A DNA stretch of 64,000 nucleotides from Dipteris shenzhenensis (lineage: Eukaryota). A program made the translations under genes and the position numbers. Of this stretch, positions 40,101 through 54,639 are shown in pieces (within the stretch, counting starts at the first letter, position 1; every line of letters starts with the position of its first letter). The stretch lies in NCBI GenBank assembly GCA_047967505.1, contig CM106538.1. One strand, given 5' to 3'. The notes below the pieces were generated by a model that saw nothing but the letters and a program-made list of their open reading frames with translations, was not told the DNA's origin and ran no database searches.

Positions 40101-43100
40101 TTGTGCCATTTTGCGGATAGTGGCATCTATTGTGGTTGAGCTAACATGGCATGCTTATCTGGTATTGTAGCTAGCATTCTGTATAAGCGTCCTTCATTGA
40201 CACCTTTTGCTACTAGTTGACATCTTTTGGATTTGTCTCTGATAGTGCATTCATCACCGTCGAAGATGACTTTGTAATTATGTTTCGTCATTTGACCTAC
40301 TGACAAAAGGTTCTTGCTGAGCTTCGGAACATAGAGCACATCTTTGACTAATCCTTTTGTACCAGTGAAATTGTTCATAGGGATAACACCTGTCCCTTGA
40401 ACTGGATTTGGTGTATTGTCTGATGTGTAGATGACATTTTTCTATCCTTCTAATGGCTTCATTTTTGTGAACCATTATTGACGATTTGTCATATGGGATG
40501 ATGCACCACTGTCGATGTACCAAGGATCTTGTTCCACTTGGTCGACTTGATAGCTAAAATCCTCTTTGGGATTGAAATCAGTGTCTAAGTACACCGTGTC
40601 AGTCTGATGCAATTTCTCACTTGCAAGAAACATATTTTCATGCTCATTTGCAAAATGACTGTGACTAGAATTTCCACCACAATGATTTCCTCTGCCTCGA
40701 GAATTCCCTCGATTACTGCTGGATTGATCGCCTTGGTCATACTGCTTCTTGCAGCAATCTCTTTCATAGTGTCCAAACTTGTGACAGTAGTTGCACTGAA
40801 TGTTTGACACATTGGCAGATGCATTCCCTCATCCTTGAAATCTTCCTCGATTGGAATGATTTCCTCTTTGCTGATGCTGACTTTGATTTTGTTGCTGATG
40901 ATTACCACTTTTCTGGTATGATCTACCTCTGCCTTTGCCTTTGCCTCTGCTTCCATCTGAAGCTATGAATGCCTGATCATTAGAATGACTTTACGTGCTT
41001 GAATGGCGTGAGTCCTGAGTTCTTCACCAAGTAGGACTGATTGAAGTTCTTCCAGTGTCGGAATTTGCCATTGGATGGCAATACTCTGGACTAGATTCTT
41101 GTATCCCTCTCCTAGTCCATTCAGAATGACTTCAACCATTTCTGTGGGGTTCATAGTCTCTCCTACTGCTGCAAGTTGATTGTTGTAGTCTTTCATGCGT
41201 ACATAAGCATGACCAGTTTCACTACTGTTGCGGAAACTCTAGTTGATTTGGTTTCTCAGGGTGAGAATCCTGGATGTGTTCTTGGTGGACTCGTAGAGAG
41301 CTGCGAACATATCCCATGCTTCTTTTGATGTTTTGACTGTGTTGAGCTGTCCTAGCATGACATCTTGCACATTCTGCTTGATCAGGTGATAGGCATACTT
41401 GTCTTTCTTATCCCATTCTGCTTGAGCTCGGGCAATGGTAGGATCTACTACTAATGCGAAAACTGTTTGTGTAGATGTGGATCCCAATGTAGATTTCGAT
41501 GCTGGTGCTGTGACAACAGATGGAGTAGAGCTACTGGTAGCTGGATCGACCAATGGTCTAGGTGTAGACCCATCGACATACTCCCATTTGTCCTGAAGTA
41601 CAAGAATGGTCTCCATTCGGTATTTCCATGTACCGTAATTGGAGTTGTCTAACTTAGCAGATGCCTCTAGATTGAGGTTGCTAGTCGACATGGTGCAAGA
41701 AATGTACTCAAAAGTGTTGTGAAGATCTCTGTATGAATCAACTGCAAATACACTAAATATGCCAAGTGAAATCTCTGAACTGTCGGTGAAGATAGAACTG
41801 CAGTATATAAATCTGATATAAATCTGATCTGTATTACAAGGCTTGTGGCAATGATGCCGGGAATAGCCAAGAGGCTTTGCAAGGCTGAAATGATGTGCAC
41901 GATGCCGTGAGATAGCCGAATAGGCTTTACAATGGTGGCATGTGTGTGTGAAATCAAATGCTATCTGCCCACTGAATCAATCTGCAATGCCTCTAAACTC
42001 TAAAGTCTACTCACTGAATTGATGAACGTAAGGTTTCAGGTAATGTAATGATGTGAAACCGTATGTGAGCGTAAGGACTGACTCCGAGTAGGTACTAGTC
42101 GAGAATTTCGGGCATGGCTTAGATTGGCAACTTGGGGAAATTCAAAGCGTCCCCTCTATGGTGATCTAGTCTACTCTAATATAGATCTAAACCAACCGTC
42201 GATCGATGAAAGAATAGCAAATAATTCCTTTTCTTTTGTTCTTTTTAAGTGCTGGGTCAGATGCGTCGATGTAGAGGCAAATGTGCGTGAAGGAAGTGGT
42301 TTTATCGACGAGGCTCAAATGTGAGTGTAACTTGCGCCAAAATGTGCGCATGATGTGACAAGCACGTAGAGCACGAAAAAATGAGCGACTTTCCTTTTGG
42401 AGCGCCCTCAAATTCTTCCTGGATCAAGAGATATGACTTGACTTGATCTAGGTGGAGGGGCAAAAGGAGTGCAAATGGTGCTCAATGATGATGTGTCACT
42501 ATGAGTCACATGCAGTGATGATGTGGCACTGTGCTTAGCAAAAGGTGTGCCAGTGAAGCTCTGTGCTGAGGTGGCAGAGGTGATGTGGCAATGATGATGT
42601 GGCTTGATGATGTGGCACTATGACATGGCTAGATGACATCATGATGTGGCAGTCGGTGACATGTTAGCTGATGTGGCAATGGGATAAGCTGATGACGTGT
42701 CCAGTGGATAAGAGTGCCACGTGTCATAAGGGAAACCAACCATTGTAACTCATGGTTTGTTGAACTTAACCATGGTTAAATTAGCATTGGCCATGACTAA
42801 ACCACAAGTATGGTTATCAAACCCTGTCCACTTGTTGACTAGGGTTAACCTTACCTAACCCAATTGTGGCCAACCAACCTTGGTATAGCTTTATCTGCCA
42901 TGTGGCAGAAAAGGTGACCATAGGTGTTAAGTAGGGATAAGGCTAGCATGGCCACTTGCCACATGTCAATTTTTGGAGCACCGGAATATAGTGGAGATTC
43001 GGTCCAAGATGCCGATGCCGTCACGGAGGAGCTTTCAAGAGCTAGGAGCTTTGATGCAGAGTCGCTTGGAAGACGAGAGCTGTTGCACGGCCGATAGCTT

Positions 43101-44577
43101 TGTTGCAGGGTCGACGACCAGTTTGGAGCTCCTTGCCCATTCGTTTGGGTGGCTGGAGATCGTCGGAGTCGACTGAGGGTCGTTGTTGAAGCATTGTTGC
43201 AGGTCGTGGAAGCTTGTTGGAGGCGGCTTTGAGAGGCTCTATGGAGCCTTGTTGCAGGGTTGAAGATTTCGTCCATGTCAATGGAAGCCTGTCATTTGAA
43301 GTGGATGCATTGTTGCGCAGGTGCTGTCTAGGGTAGCTATTGATGATGGAGGCTAGTCGTTGTGCATCTCTAGAAGCTCCTTCGTTGCAAGGCCTCTCAG
43401 GCTTGCAGCAGTGTGGAGAACTGTGGCTTGGCTATTGCTGGTTGTAGATGCACCGATTGAACACTCCCACGAGCGCCCGTTGGCTATTCTTAGAGTCGCA
43501 GAGTCCGGTTGGCTGTAGAGTTCGTAGCTGGAGGCGTGTGGGTTGGTGCGGCTTGGCTACTCGTCCGTGGCGCTTGGTGTTGTAGTGCTGATGGCTGGCA
43601 GGAGGCTCGTTGACGCTGCGAGCTTCTGGAGCGTGCTGAGTCGCCGATTATGCGTGCAATGTTAGAGCAGCCGGTCGTTGTAGGAGGCTTTTCTTAGCGT
43701 AGAGGCTATTGTTGTTGGGCTGGAGTAGTCGGCTGGAAGATGACTGTTGAAGAAGCTTCTTGAGCCGCTGGACGTCGTCGGCACTGGTAGTCAGCGTATT
43801 GAAGGAGCCGACGAGCTATTGTGAGCTAGGAGCGTTGGAGCCGTAGGAGCCTATATATGCTACACATGGGCTATTGGAGCATTGCTACTATGAGTTGTAG
43901 GCTATGGTGCTGAAGCAGTTGTAGCACTTTGGAGGAGCTTTAGGCTTGATGTGGAGGTCTCCTTGAGAGGCCTTGAAGACCGTATGAAGACGATGTCTGA
44001 GTGGAAGGACAAGGCCGAGGAGCCCTCAATCTACCTCCTCTATTTCTCTCGATGGATTATGAAGAACTCTTCCTATTTTTCTCACAAAGTATCTCTCTCC
44101 CTCAACTGAAATCGAAGAACAATACAAGGAATCACTCAATCTCACATAGACAGAAATCTCTCTCAATGAACGGAAATTTCTATCAAAGAAATGAAAGGTG
44201 GTCACTTACCGGAAGTGGACTCTCACAGAGAACACTCAAGAGAACTCTCAATCTCACAATCTCTCTCACACTCTCAAGAATCGCAATGCCTCAGCAGAAG
44301 GCAAGGAAGCTCTGATACCATGACAAAATATGAAGAGCGGAGAGGAGAAGAGTGGAGATGAGGAGAGAGGGCACAACTAGAGAGCACACCACAAATGACT
44401 AGATGTACACTAGATTTAGTTGAAAAAATAGAATATATACAAACCCTTTTAGGGTTAGGGTTAGGGGATCTAACCCTTTCCTTTATAGCACTCTATAAGG
44501 TTAGTGCTATGCACATATGATCATGTGAGGGTGCTATGCACACATGATCACATGATGTTGAGCGTGAACTGTCAACA
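37116..44577 (-). mobile_element. Ty1/copia LTR retrotransposon with both LTRs and TSD, nested in an older copia gag
   Basis: TG..CA LTRs at 37116-37378 and 44321-44577; TSD CCATA (37111-37115 / 44578-44582); PBS reverse complement GCTCTGATACCA at 44309-44320; PPT reverse complement CTTCCCTC at 37379. Confidence 0.97.
37490..41691 (-). pseudogene. Copia gag-pol with stops and frameshifts
   Basis: KLDNSNYGTWK gag; CNYCHKFGH..C zinc knuckle; WYIDSGASSHM protease; MRSDRGGEY integrase; KWVYKVK..YKARLVAKGF, LYVDD RT; SSTEAEY RNase H. Confidence 0.95.
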
Positions 44578-44582
44578 CCATA

Positions 44583-44720
44583 CTCATCAGGTAGACTATT
44601 AAGCAAGATAGCAATCACAATGTCATCATCAAGACCAAACTTGATGCTAGCTAGTTGAGTCAATATACTTTTCATGGAGTTTAAATGTGACGATATTGAT
44701 TCTCCTTTATCCAACTTTAG
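44583..44720 (-). pseudogene. Older copia gag (UBN2-like) fragment interrupted by the 37116-44577 element
   Basis: MDKGESISSHLNSMKSILTQLASI...IAILLNSLPDEY; the reading continues across the TSD into 37110-37075. Confidence 0.75.
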
Positions 44721-45689
44721 ATCAAAGAACTATACTGAGAGATCAGTGGAGTAATTTGTGGATCTGGAGGTGCTCTCCCTTGGGCACATGCATTGTATCA
44801 GTTGCCTTTATAAGGGCACTTCTACTTATGAATAAAGTTAGTCTTTTCCTTCATTGTTGGTATTCTCCATGCTTCCATTGCTGCTCCATCAATGACACAC
44901 TAGAGCAAAAGTCAACTACAATGAGTAGCCAAGAAAATGATGGCACAACCGACTAAGCAATAGAAAACCAATGCCTATGACTACACACATAGACAATAGA
45001 AGTAGCAACAATGATGCATAGCATCTAATGATGACCTACAACAGTTGTTCATCTTTGTCTTTCACTACTCACAATTGCTATCCCGCGAGTCATTCTTACC
45101 AGTCTTCTTCATTTTTTTCCATGATGACTGTCACACAAGCCACATGGCACAATACCACATGGTAGATAAGATAGGGTTTAGCTCTTACTATGCCACATCA
45201 TCATGCACAATCATTCATGCCACATCATAGAGCCATGTAAATATGTTAAATCATCACACATAGTCAAATAAATGCCATGTTATCATGCCACATCATCATG
45301 TGCCACTTAAGCATATTGCTCCATAGGCACACTTTTGCATGCAACATATGCACACACATAAACACATCACCATGCATGCCAAATCATCATTTATGCCACT
45401 TTTTCTTGGAGAAATTTTGGAAAAGTTTCAAATGGACATAGCTTTGTTGTAGTGCTATTAAAAAGCAAAAATGAACAATAGATCATGCTCTACACAATAC
45501 TCACATTGAATATAGTTTTTGCCATCTAGAACAACTTCTTTCAAAAGTTCCATCATATTTGCCAAAGTGAATGCATTAATTTGTCCAAGGTTCTTGGACA
45601 ATATAATGAAAATTTGATCTGTTTTATTTTGCATATGCACAACTAAGATGAATTTTACTTTGACCTTATCAACAATCCCTTATCCACCA

Positions 45690-45737
<48 letters not shown>

Positions 45738-48357
45738 TAGACATTAACAACACCCCTTTTATAGTGAAAAGTAGACAAAATTTGGAGTGAAAAAAAGGGA
45801 AATGTTTTAATAGAAATACTTTGCAATAAATATCCACAAAAAAAGGAATTGACATCACTAAAGGAAGAACAATTTTTTCCAAAAGAGATAAAGCGAGTAG
45901 TGATGGTTTGGAAAGTCGTCGGCAGCATCACATTTATTGAAGAGGGGAGTCTACATACCTACCACCATCCAATAAGACAAACATGGTGAGAACCAGTTAA
46001 ACCTTAGTTGGGAAGACAGGTGTCATAAACACCCCTCCCTTGTTATCGGAGTCACAATAAGATAAACGCTTAACCATTGACTTATAAAGCTAGTTAAACA
46101 ATATTTCTAAGGCAAAAAATTGTATGGTGTGATCAATAGGGGTGTGTAGAATTATGTTAAGAGAATTAAGGGGGTGAAGAAGTAGACGTATGCATAACCA
46201 ATAGGACTAGGTTAAATGAAAAAATGATAGTTATGAACAAGAAGAAAATAGGGGGAGAAAAGAAATTTTTGGAGAGATTATCTAGAGGAGATAAAGCTGA
46301 AGAGCACGATTATGGGGGACATGACAACTAAAAAAGTTTTTGCAATATTAAGTAATGGAAAAGGTAGGCATACAAACTACCAAATAAATTTTAAATTAAG
46401 GTGCAAAGAGATGGCAAGAGGAAGAGAACAGCAAGGTAAGGAGTTTTTTTTAGGGGTTTGAATCAAAAAATAGAGGGCGAGGGGGGGGGGGGGAAGATAA
46501 ATAGAAAAGGGAAAGAAAGAGAAAAGAAATTAGTAAAGAGACAAGAAGGGGGAATTGGGAGTTAAAGATATATAAAAGAAAGGGAACATGTAATTATAAA
46601 AAGGGAAATGAGAAGGGGGGGGTTTGATGTCAACGAGGAATAGTAAAAGCATGGAAAGAAAGAGAAAAGAACTCAGTAAGGAGAAAAGAAGGGGGAATTG
46701 GGAGTTTAAAGGAAGGGGAGGCGATTTTATAAAAAGGAAACCGAGAAAAAAGGGGGGAAATTGAAGTCGACGAGGATTTGAAGGAATAGAAGAAAGTATT
46801 CGGGGGATTAGGGGAAAGGATAGAGAGGGAAGGGGGGTTTTAATGACATAAGAAAATTAAAAAAAAAGGGGGGGGGGGGGGCAGGGAGGGTAAACAAAAG
46901 AAGAGGAAGTAAAAAAAGAAAGGGGGTGAAAAAGAACCTCGGAGTCCATGTTAAAAAAGCATCGTCGCGCGTAATGGAGGTGGAAGGATGGCATGAATAG
47001 AGAGGACGTGGCCGTGCTGGCAACGCCGAACGGCAAACAAAGGAGAAGAGCAAATGGCAAAAGAGGTCGACAGGTAGAGAGATCTGGTTGGAGAATAAGG
47101 AGGCCATCGGAGCAGCAGGTCATATGTAGCACCCACAAAAGGTGGAGGCAACACGAGTAGAGATGAGGTGTAGGCTATGTACAATAGCACTATTACGGGT
47201 GCAGAGAGTAGGAGCAAACATGTAGCAATGGGGTTGCACAAGTACAGTAGGTGAGATGAGTGGAGAGTGATGTGAGGCTTTAAATAGGTAGGAGCGACGG
47301 TTGAGTAGGAAGAGTCAGGGAGGTGAGAGGTCTAGGTGGTAGGGGGAGTGAAAGCGCACAAAGCAAGGTATAGAGACCGCTACAGGGAAGTGGGAGAGGC
47401 ACAAAAAGCAAGATGATAGGCATGCAAAGTGAAGAGAGTGAAGGGAGGTAGAGTGCACGTAGTGGGAAATAAGGATAGGGGGGGTTGTTAATTTTAGGTA
47501 TAGTAAAAAAGTTCCTATTAGGCCTAGTTTAAGAGAAATAGGATAAATAGGGCTAGTTTCTTTTAGGCTTAGTTAAAAGTTATGGAAACATTAGGGGAAC
47601 ATCGGAAAAAAGGAAAAGTATAGGGAAATTAGGAGAATAGGGAGATTTTAGGAAATGGGAAAATAGGAAAAAAGGAAATAGAAAAAAGGAAAAAATTAAT
47701 TAGAGAAATAGGAACAATAGGAAAATAGGCAAAATTAAAGGGGGTGTAGGAACATAGGGGGTGTTTAGAAACATTAAAATTTTTTAATCTAAAAATTTGA
47801 AGAAGACAAATAAAGTTTTTTTAGTTATATAAAAATAGGAAAAAGGTGATATAGGCGAATATAAAAGTAGGAAGAATAAATAGAGAGGCTTCTTTTTTAA
47901 AAGATAGGACATTAGGGAGATTAGGGAAAACGAAAGAATAGGAAGGTATGAAAAATAGAAAAATAGGGTAATTAGAGAATAGAGAAGATAGGAAAATAAG
48001 GAATATAGGAAAATAGGGGAAATTTATAAAAAGGGAAATTAGGGAGTGTAAAAGAGAGAGAAAGGCTTGGGAGTGTAGATACAAGGAGGGAAGGGGGGGG
48101 GGGCGGGGTTGGGGGAGTTTGGGAGGGTGGGGATGGAGGGGGAATTTTGAAAAAATAAAAGGTACGAAAATAGGGAAAGATTAATAGGGGTTAGGAAAAT
48201 TAGGGGAAATTTTGGGGAAGTAGGGGAAATAGGAAGTGTGATGAGAGAGAAAGGGCAGAGAGTGTAAATGTAAGGAAAAGGGTTGGGGGGGAAGGGGGGG
48301 GGGGGGGGGGGAAGGGGAAAAAAGTAAAGTAAAAGTTAAGGAAGAAATGAATATGAA

Positions 48358-48388
<31 letters not shown>

Positions 48389-48676
48389 CGTGCGTGCGCG
48401 TGCACGTGTGTGTGTGTGTGTGGATGAGAGGTTTTATTTTATTTTCCCTTGGAGTTGGACTTACAATATTCATGGAAGAGGACCTTCTCTTGGTGGACTG
48501 TTCAACTAAACTTACAAAGTTCATGGAAGAGGACCTTTCCATGACATTATGATGGTCTTCTTTTTATAGTTAAGTAATAATATTGCTCCTTAGGAACCAA
48601 GGTGATGTATCTCAACCCAAACTCTTCTCAAGAAATTTTGAACACAACACATTATAGTGCTTGTTTCCTTCAACTA

Positions 48677-50166
48677 TGTAGAAACTTGATTGCCAATAAA
48701 TGACACATGTTAGTGGGCCACTTGTGGGGTCCCAATCCCACTACTTAGCCACCCATAGGAAATTCCAATCCTCCAAAATGATTCCAAGGATTTGGCCTTC
48801 TCGCCCTCAAGCCATTATATGGCTTCCTCCTTGAGTACCCAATTTGTATGTATGACATCTCCTTTGGACTATGTCCATCTGGTAGTCTCAGATACAACTT
48901 GCCACACCATATACTTCAACTGTCATATGTGGTCTTGAGCGGTGTCCATGAGGGAGGTATCACTCCTCAACCTTGGCAACGTATGTCACATGTCATGTTA
49001 TGGGTCACATGTCATGTTGTGGCTTCTCCAACCTTTGACACACATATTCCATCCTTGTGTTGCCTTACAAATGTGGGGTTGACCGATATGACATGTCATG
49101 TGTTCCTTACAGCACCTACATCTATATCTTGTTTTCATGTGCGACCTTCTCTTGGAAATCACCACATCATTTTGCCAAATCGACTTCTCATCGTCATCCC
49201 ACATCAACATCAGGCTTGTCCCATTGTCCTGCTTGCTTGCTACACATCAACTAGTCTATTCATGCCCTATTGTCTCTCTATGTAGCCTGTTCACACCTAG
49301 CATTCTACTCTACAAGCCTATCAGTATGGTGCTTTGCAATCTGTGTGTCATGTTGCACCAAGTCAATGCTTCTGCTTACGTCTAGGCCTACCCCTACATT
49401 GTGTGTTTGTCTCCTCTATCAGCTTGATGGGTGTGTTATTCAGCCGTTGTGGTCCACGTGATTTTTGTTTACATCCAAAGCATCAATCCTTTTGTGCATA
49501 TCAGTCATCCTGACCGATGTGCAAGCTACACATTGGGTCTTATCAATCCACACTTTTTTTATCAGGCCTAGTGCTAGTCACGCTTTCAATGTTGCCTTTT
49601 GTGAGATCTTTTGTTGAGCTACATTCCACACTACTATAGATTTAACAATGAGTCCAAGGTCTACTCTATTCCATCAGTTTACCCTTTTGATCTGCACGTG
49701 TGATAGTCCTACCTTACTATTTGCACAGTCTACTCTCTACATGCCTTGACCTGTGAGTTCGTTCTACACATAGTCGGTTAACTCCGGTTCCTATGCAATT
49801 TGCAATCCCTCACTAGCCAAGATCACTCTGCCCATCCTCTATGCTTATCAGAGCCTACTCTGATACCACGTAGAAACCTGACATGCTAGTAAATGATATG
49901 TGTCAGTGGGTCACATATGGGTCCCAATCCCACCAACTAGCCACCCAAGGGAGAGCCCATTCCTCCAAAATGGTTCCAAGGATATGGACCTTCTCTCCCC
50001 TCAAACCATTATATGGATTTCTCTCCCCTCAAAGCATTATATGGCTTTCTCTCCCCCCTCTCTCCCCTCAAACCATCATATGGCTTTCTCCTCGAGTATC
50101 CACTTTGTCTATGGCATATCTCCTTAGTGTGGTAGTCTCCCATATGGCTTGCCATACGCTTCAGCA
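48677..50166 (-). mobile_element. Small non-autonomous LTR element (TRIM-like), 1.49 kb
   Basis: Diverged direct repeats at 48677-~48920 and 49869-50166; PBS reverse complement CTCTGATACCA at 49858-49868; TSD AACTA (48672-48676 / 50167-50171); no recognisable coding interior. Confidence 0.85.
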
Positions 50167-53100
50167 AACTAAGCCTCAAATAACCAAAAGTGCATCCTCC
50201 CTCTCCCTTGACTAGTATATCTATTGATGTGCAACCTCTTCTTTCTCAAGTGCCTAGACCGATGAAATTCACTATATTCAGCTACAATAGTTGTTGTTGG
50301 CTCAAGCACAATGTATTTATATGGAGTATCAAATATTGTTATCTTAGGCTATGACACATTGTTTATCAATTGTTGCTATGTGAAAACAAAGTGCAAAGGG
50401 CACAATCACGTGTGAACACTTTCCATCCCTACTTGGGTAGAATCGAAATCCACATTGGGCCTGCATTTACAACCTAGAAACTCATGCACTACACTGACAT
50501 GACATTCCAACTGAATCCTCACAAAAGCATTAGAATATGAAAACATCCCCCCGACATGCTAGCAGTTTGCATGAAGATACACAGCCCTCCCCACACTCTT
50601 AGCATTGTATGAAGACATGAAGGCTATCTAGGGGTGATGGAAATTAAACCATGAGATGACACCATAAAAGATATGCAATTTGAGTTTGTAGGATCATAAG
50701 CAAAGACTAAAATATAAACGTACTTGAGTAGAATTATCCCCACCCAATTTGATGCAAAGAAGAAAGACCCCAATGCTGCAGCATAATGAGGTGAAGACAT
50801 GGGTTTTATAGATAAATAGCCTTGAAAATGAGTGGAAAGTGTATCCACCACCAACCCAAAAATACTAAAGTAGAGCAAGGAACAAGTTTTTGACTTCTTG
50901 AAATTAAATTGTGAATATAATTACTTCATTTTAAAAAATAAACCTTAGACTTCAAAAGTTTATATATGTTGACCTAATTATCTTATTGGATATAAACCCA
51001 AATACATGACCTAATCTCTCATTATTCATTGTTCACAACTCAGACACAACCCTTCCTTGGTCCCATCACCCTGGCAAGATTGCACGCAATCCCAAAACAT
51101 GGACTCAACTCCCTTCAAATAAGTGGAATCAAAAGATTCTTTTTGCATGCTGTTAAGATCTTTAATATTTCAATCACTCAAATATTAAAGATATTTAATA
51201 TGGTAAATATTTTTGAAAATTTTACATATACATTATGTTTGCCTAATTAAAATAAGGAAATCTATTCCAATGAATTGGTAGATTTTCCAGTGTTTTCAAG
51301 GTTTACTCACATTGTATTGATGTTCTCCTCATAGTTGTAGGCAAATTCAATCCTAAGGATCATATTTTCTCATGTTACAAGGATTTGCCTATTGTTGCTA
51401 GTAAATGTAATCCGCATGATCAAATTTACCCATAGCTATGAGCTAATAAGAGCAAATTTGTATGCATCTAATTTGATCTTCAGGATTTGATTAGATACAA
51501 TACCTCAAATTTGCAAAGCATCTACATCCTAATCCATCTCGAGGATCAAATATGCTTGGAGGCAGTAGGCAAATCCAATCTCATTTTTACCAGTAGTTTT
51601 GCAAGCGAACCTGAGTAAGTCACTTTGTACAACGTGTAACATAGTAGGTTCATTAATGGAAGGGAATTTTTAAATTAGGGAACTCGCGAGTCATGAACAG
51701 AGAAGAGAGGGTTAAAATTTTACTTTTCTAATATAATTATGGTATATACATATCTGAAGAAGATACAATATCTATACATACAGAAAAGGGGAAAACAATT
51801 ATTAAAATAAATATAAATTTTAAAAATAAGATTATGGTTTCTTACAGAGTGACATCTCCAAGCTAGGAAATTTGATCCTGAGCATTAGATTTAATTGTAG
51901 GTGCAAGCCAATACTGGCTTATAATGTAAGGAAAACAAATGTCTCTTATTTATTGAAATATTAGTGTTTAGGCACATTCCTTTTGCCAAAAAGCACCTAA
52001 GATTTTGCTCTTTTCCCTCAAAACAATCAAGTTTACTTGAAAAATATATTCATGCTCTTAATTCATCTTGTACCTATCTTGCAAACCAATCAAGTTAGAA
52101 GCTTGTTATACTAGGAAAGGATTTAAGAATCCTTTAGACAGCTCAAACCCCCCTCTCTTCTCTAGAAGTTATCTTGGCCAAGCACCCATGTGCTATAGAG
52201 TTATGATCAATTCTTTCAGTAGATTTGAGACGCATGCAAAGGATGACCCAAACATTGTTCTTAAAGAAAAGGTCTAGATTCCATAAATTGGATGTGGCTC
52301 AGAAGACCCTATCGAATGAGATTAACATCACCTCATGGAGGTTAATGAAGGAGATCAAGGATGAAAAGGTTATTCTATCTACATTGTGTTAGATGAAGGC
52401 AAAATAATTTAGCTTGGATGAAAATTCCCAACATTTTGCAGAGTGAGTTATTTATTTATGTAAATGCAGTTTGTTGTCTTTACCCAAAGTATGAGCTTTA
52501 AAATAGAATTCATCTATAGAGCTCACTTTTATTTTATTTGTCATGTAAAAAATTAGAGAAAGGGTTCAACAGCTTGGAAATTCCTTGTCCAAGAAATTTT
52601 CTTGCACATAGAAGTGCACCGATGGAGAAGAGAGGAGAGAGGGTCTAGAACTTAAGATTACAAGGTAGATATTGCACATATCGTGTGGATCTATACTATT
52701 CTTTAAGGAGAGGATCCATGTGGAGGATTTATGGAGGTTCAAGATGTGCAAAAGGCAGCTTCGCAGTAGGTTCGAGCATATGTCGAGGTTTGGAGGAGTG
52801 CCACGGAAGGAGGATGCGCACTGTTGCACCACGTGTTCTCACGCAGCTCTAAGACCACAAACTGCAGCCAGGTTCGGAGGAGGCACGCTATCGCACCATG
52901 TGTCCCCGTGGATGTCTGAGACATCAGACGTGCCGTCTGGTGCAGGTGGAGCAGCAGTCTGCTCATGTCAGCAGAGCACGGGATGACACATGGCAGGCAC
53001 GCGGGGATCAAGACGTAGATTTTACATGTGGCACCAACAAAAGAGCACTTGCAAACCTGCAAGGAGACAACACAGCACAACTGGCATGTGGCAATCAATG

Positions 53101-54639
53101 AGCACGAAAACGTGCATTTGAGTGACAATCAATGAGTGAAGACGACGGCCGTTCAGACTTGATGACATGGCATGCAGCAAGCCTAACCAGTCAATTGGGC
53201 TAGATGCAAAGCCATGCACGTGGACACATGGTGCAACAGACATTCGTAGGGGCATACACGTAAACAAGTGCGGGATTGACATGGTGCAAGGTGATGATGT
53301 GGCATGGGTTGCAGTCTTGCATAGTAGAGTGATGTGGCACGACCGCACTGACAACAGGTCTTGAGATCCACCTACATGGCCCATCAGTGATAGATGACAT
53401 GGCGCGACAGATGATGCGCAACTGTCAAGTAGACTACAGCAGAGGAAGAAGCGTAGACAGTGTAGAGGCAAAAGCGCAGACCGCAAAGGTAGACGTGCGT
53501 AGAGGCAGTAAATGCATAAGGTGGCATGCATGCATAGATCGCAGGGGCACGATAAACTAGACCGTGGACACTTGGCGATGAGTGAGGACTCTGTGTGACA
53601 AAGCGAGGAAGATTAAAAATGACCAAGGAGCTTTGGGCTATATTCAAAGCACACAACACAGCCCCATCTTGGGGTATTATTATTTGCCTTTCTAATGCTC
53701 GAGCAGCTATATCACCGTATGATGTATGCTCAATTCTTGTCTCTATAGCTTTGGTCACATTATAATCTTAGTTTGTGTTGAATTGTGAAGACAAATCTTA
53801 AGCATGTGCCTACCAACAAAACGGTACAAATTGTTATGTGCACCGCTTCGTTGTTCGTCGATGTCTTCAACTAGTAGCCCTTGTTGAGCAGCTAAGTCTC
53901 GGCAACAATGAATCCACACTTCGTTGTAGGCTTCAAAGTAAAAATCTCTGAATAGATGGTAGCTCATTCTGCTTCATCCGTGAATACACACATACTCATG
54001 CGATGCTCGATTGGCTTTGCTGATCCAGTAGAACTGTTGCCTAATCCACAACGCAATCTCTATGGTCTAATACCACTGTCACAATAATTTGTCACAGCGT
54101 CTGTTTAATCTAATACTTAATCTCACATTTATCAACGGGCAGACCCAGTTTAGCATACAGGATCGGCACCGAGAACATGATACATTAGCCTTCGCTGGAA
54201 ACTCTTTGTGGGTCTAAATACAAGATTCCTAATCGTTTGGCAATCATTTTGCTCCACAGCCATTGGACATGAAAATGTTTTAAAAGTTGATGGACAATTT
54301 AACAACAATTTGTCAAGGCATAATTGGAAAAGCCTGACACTAAGATAATATAACAATAGCAGACAAATCATCTCCTTTTCTAACAAATTATGTGGCTTTC
54401 TACTAACAACGTGATAGTACAGATTTACGGTGAACACGGGGTAGCAAAAAGAACTGCATCTCCCACAGTGAGTGTGAGACTCGTAAAAGTAAACTGAGAA
54501 GAAGATGTAGAAATCCCACCAAAATATGCTTGACCGAAGTGTGTTCTTTGCACATGACTGTCAAGTTGAAATTACACAATTTTAAAAATAACGTTCAACC
54601 CTTTAGGTCAAATTTGATATCAAGGTTGAAGGTGAGGAA

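Noticed and set aside
47030-47107. F-box-like LPVDLFCHLL
   Set aside because: Too short, and the rest of the motif is absent.
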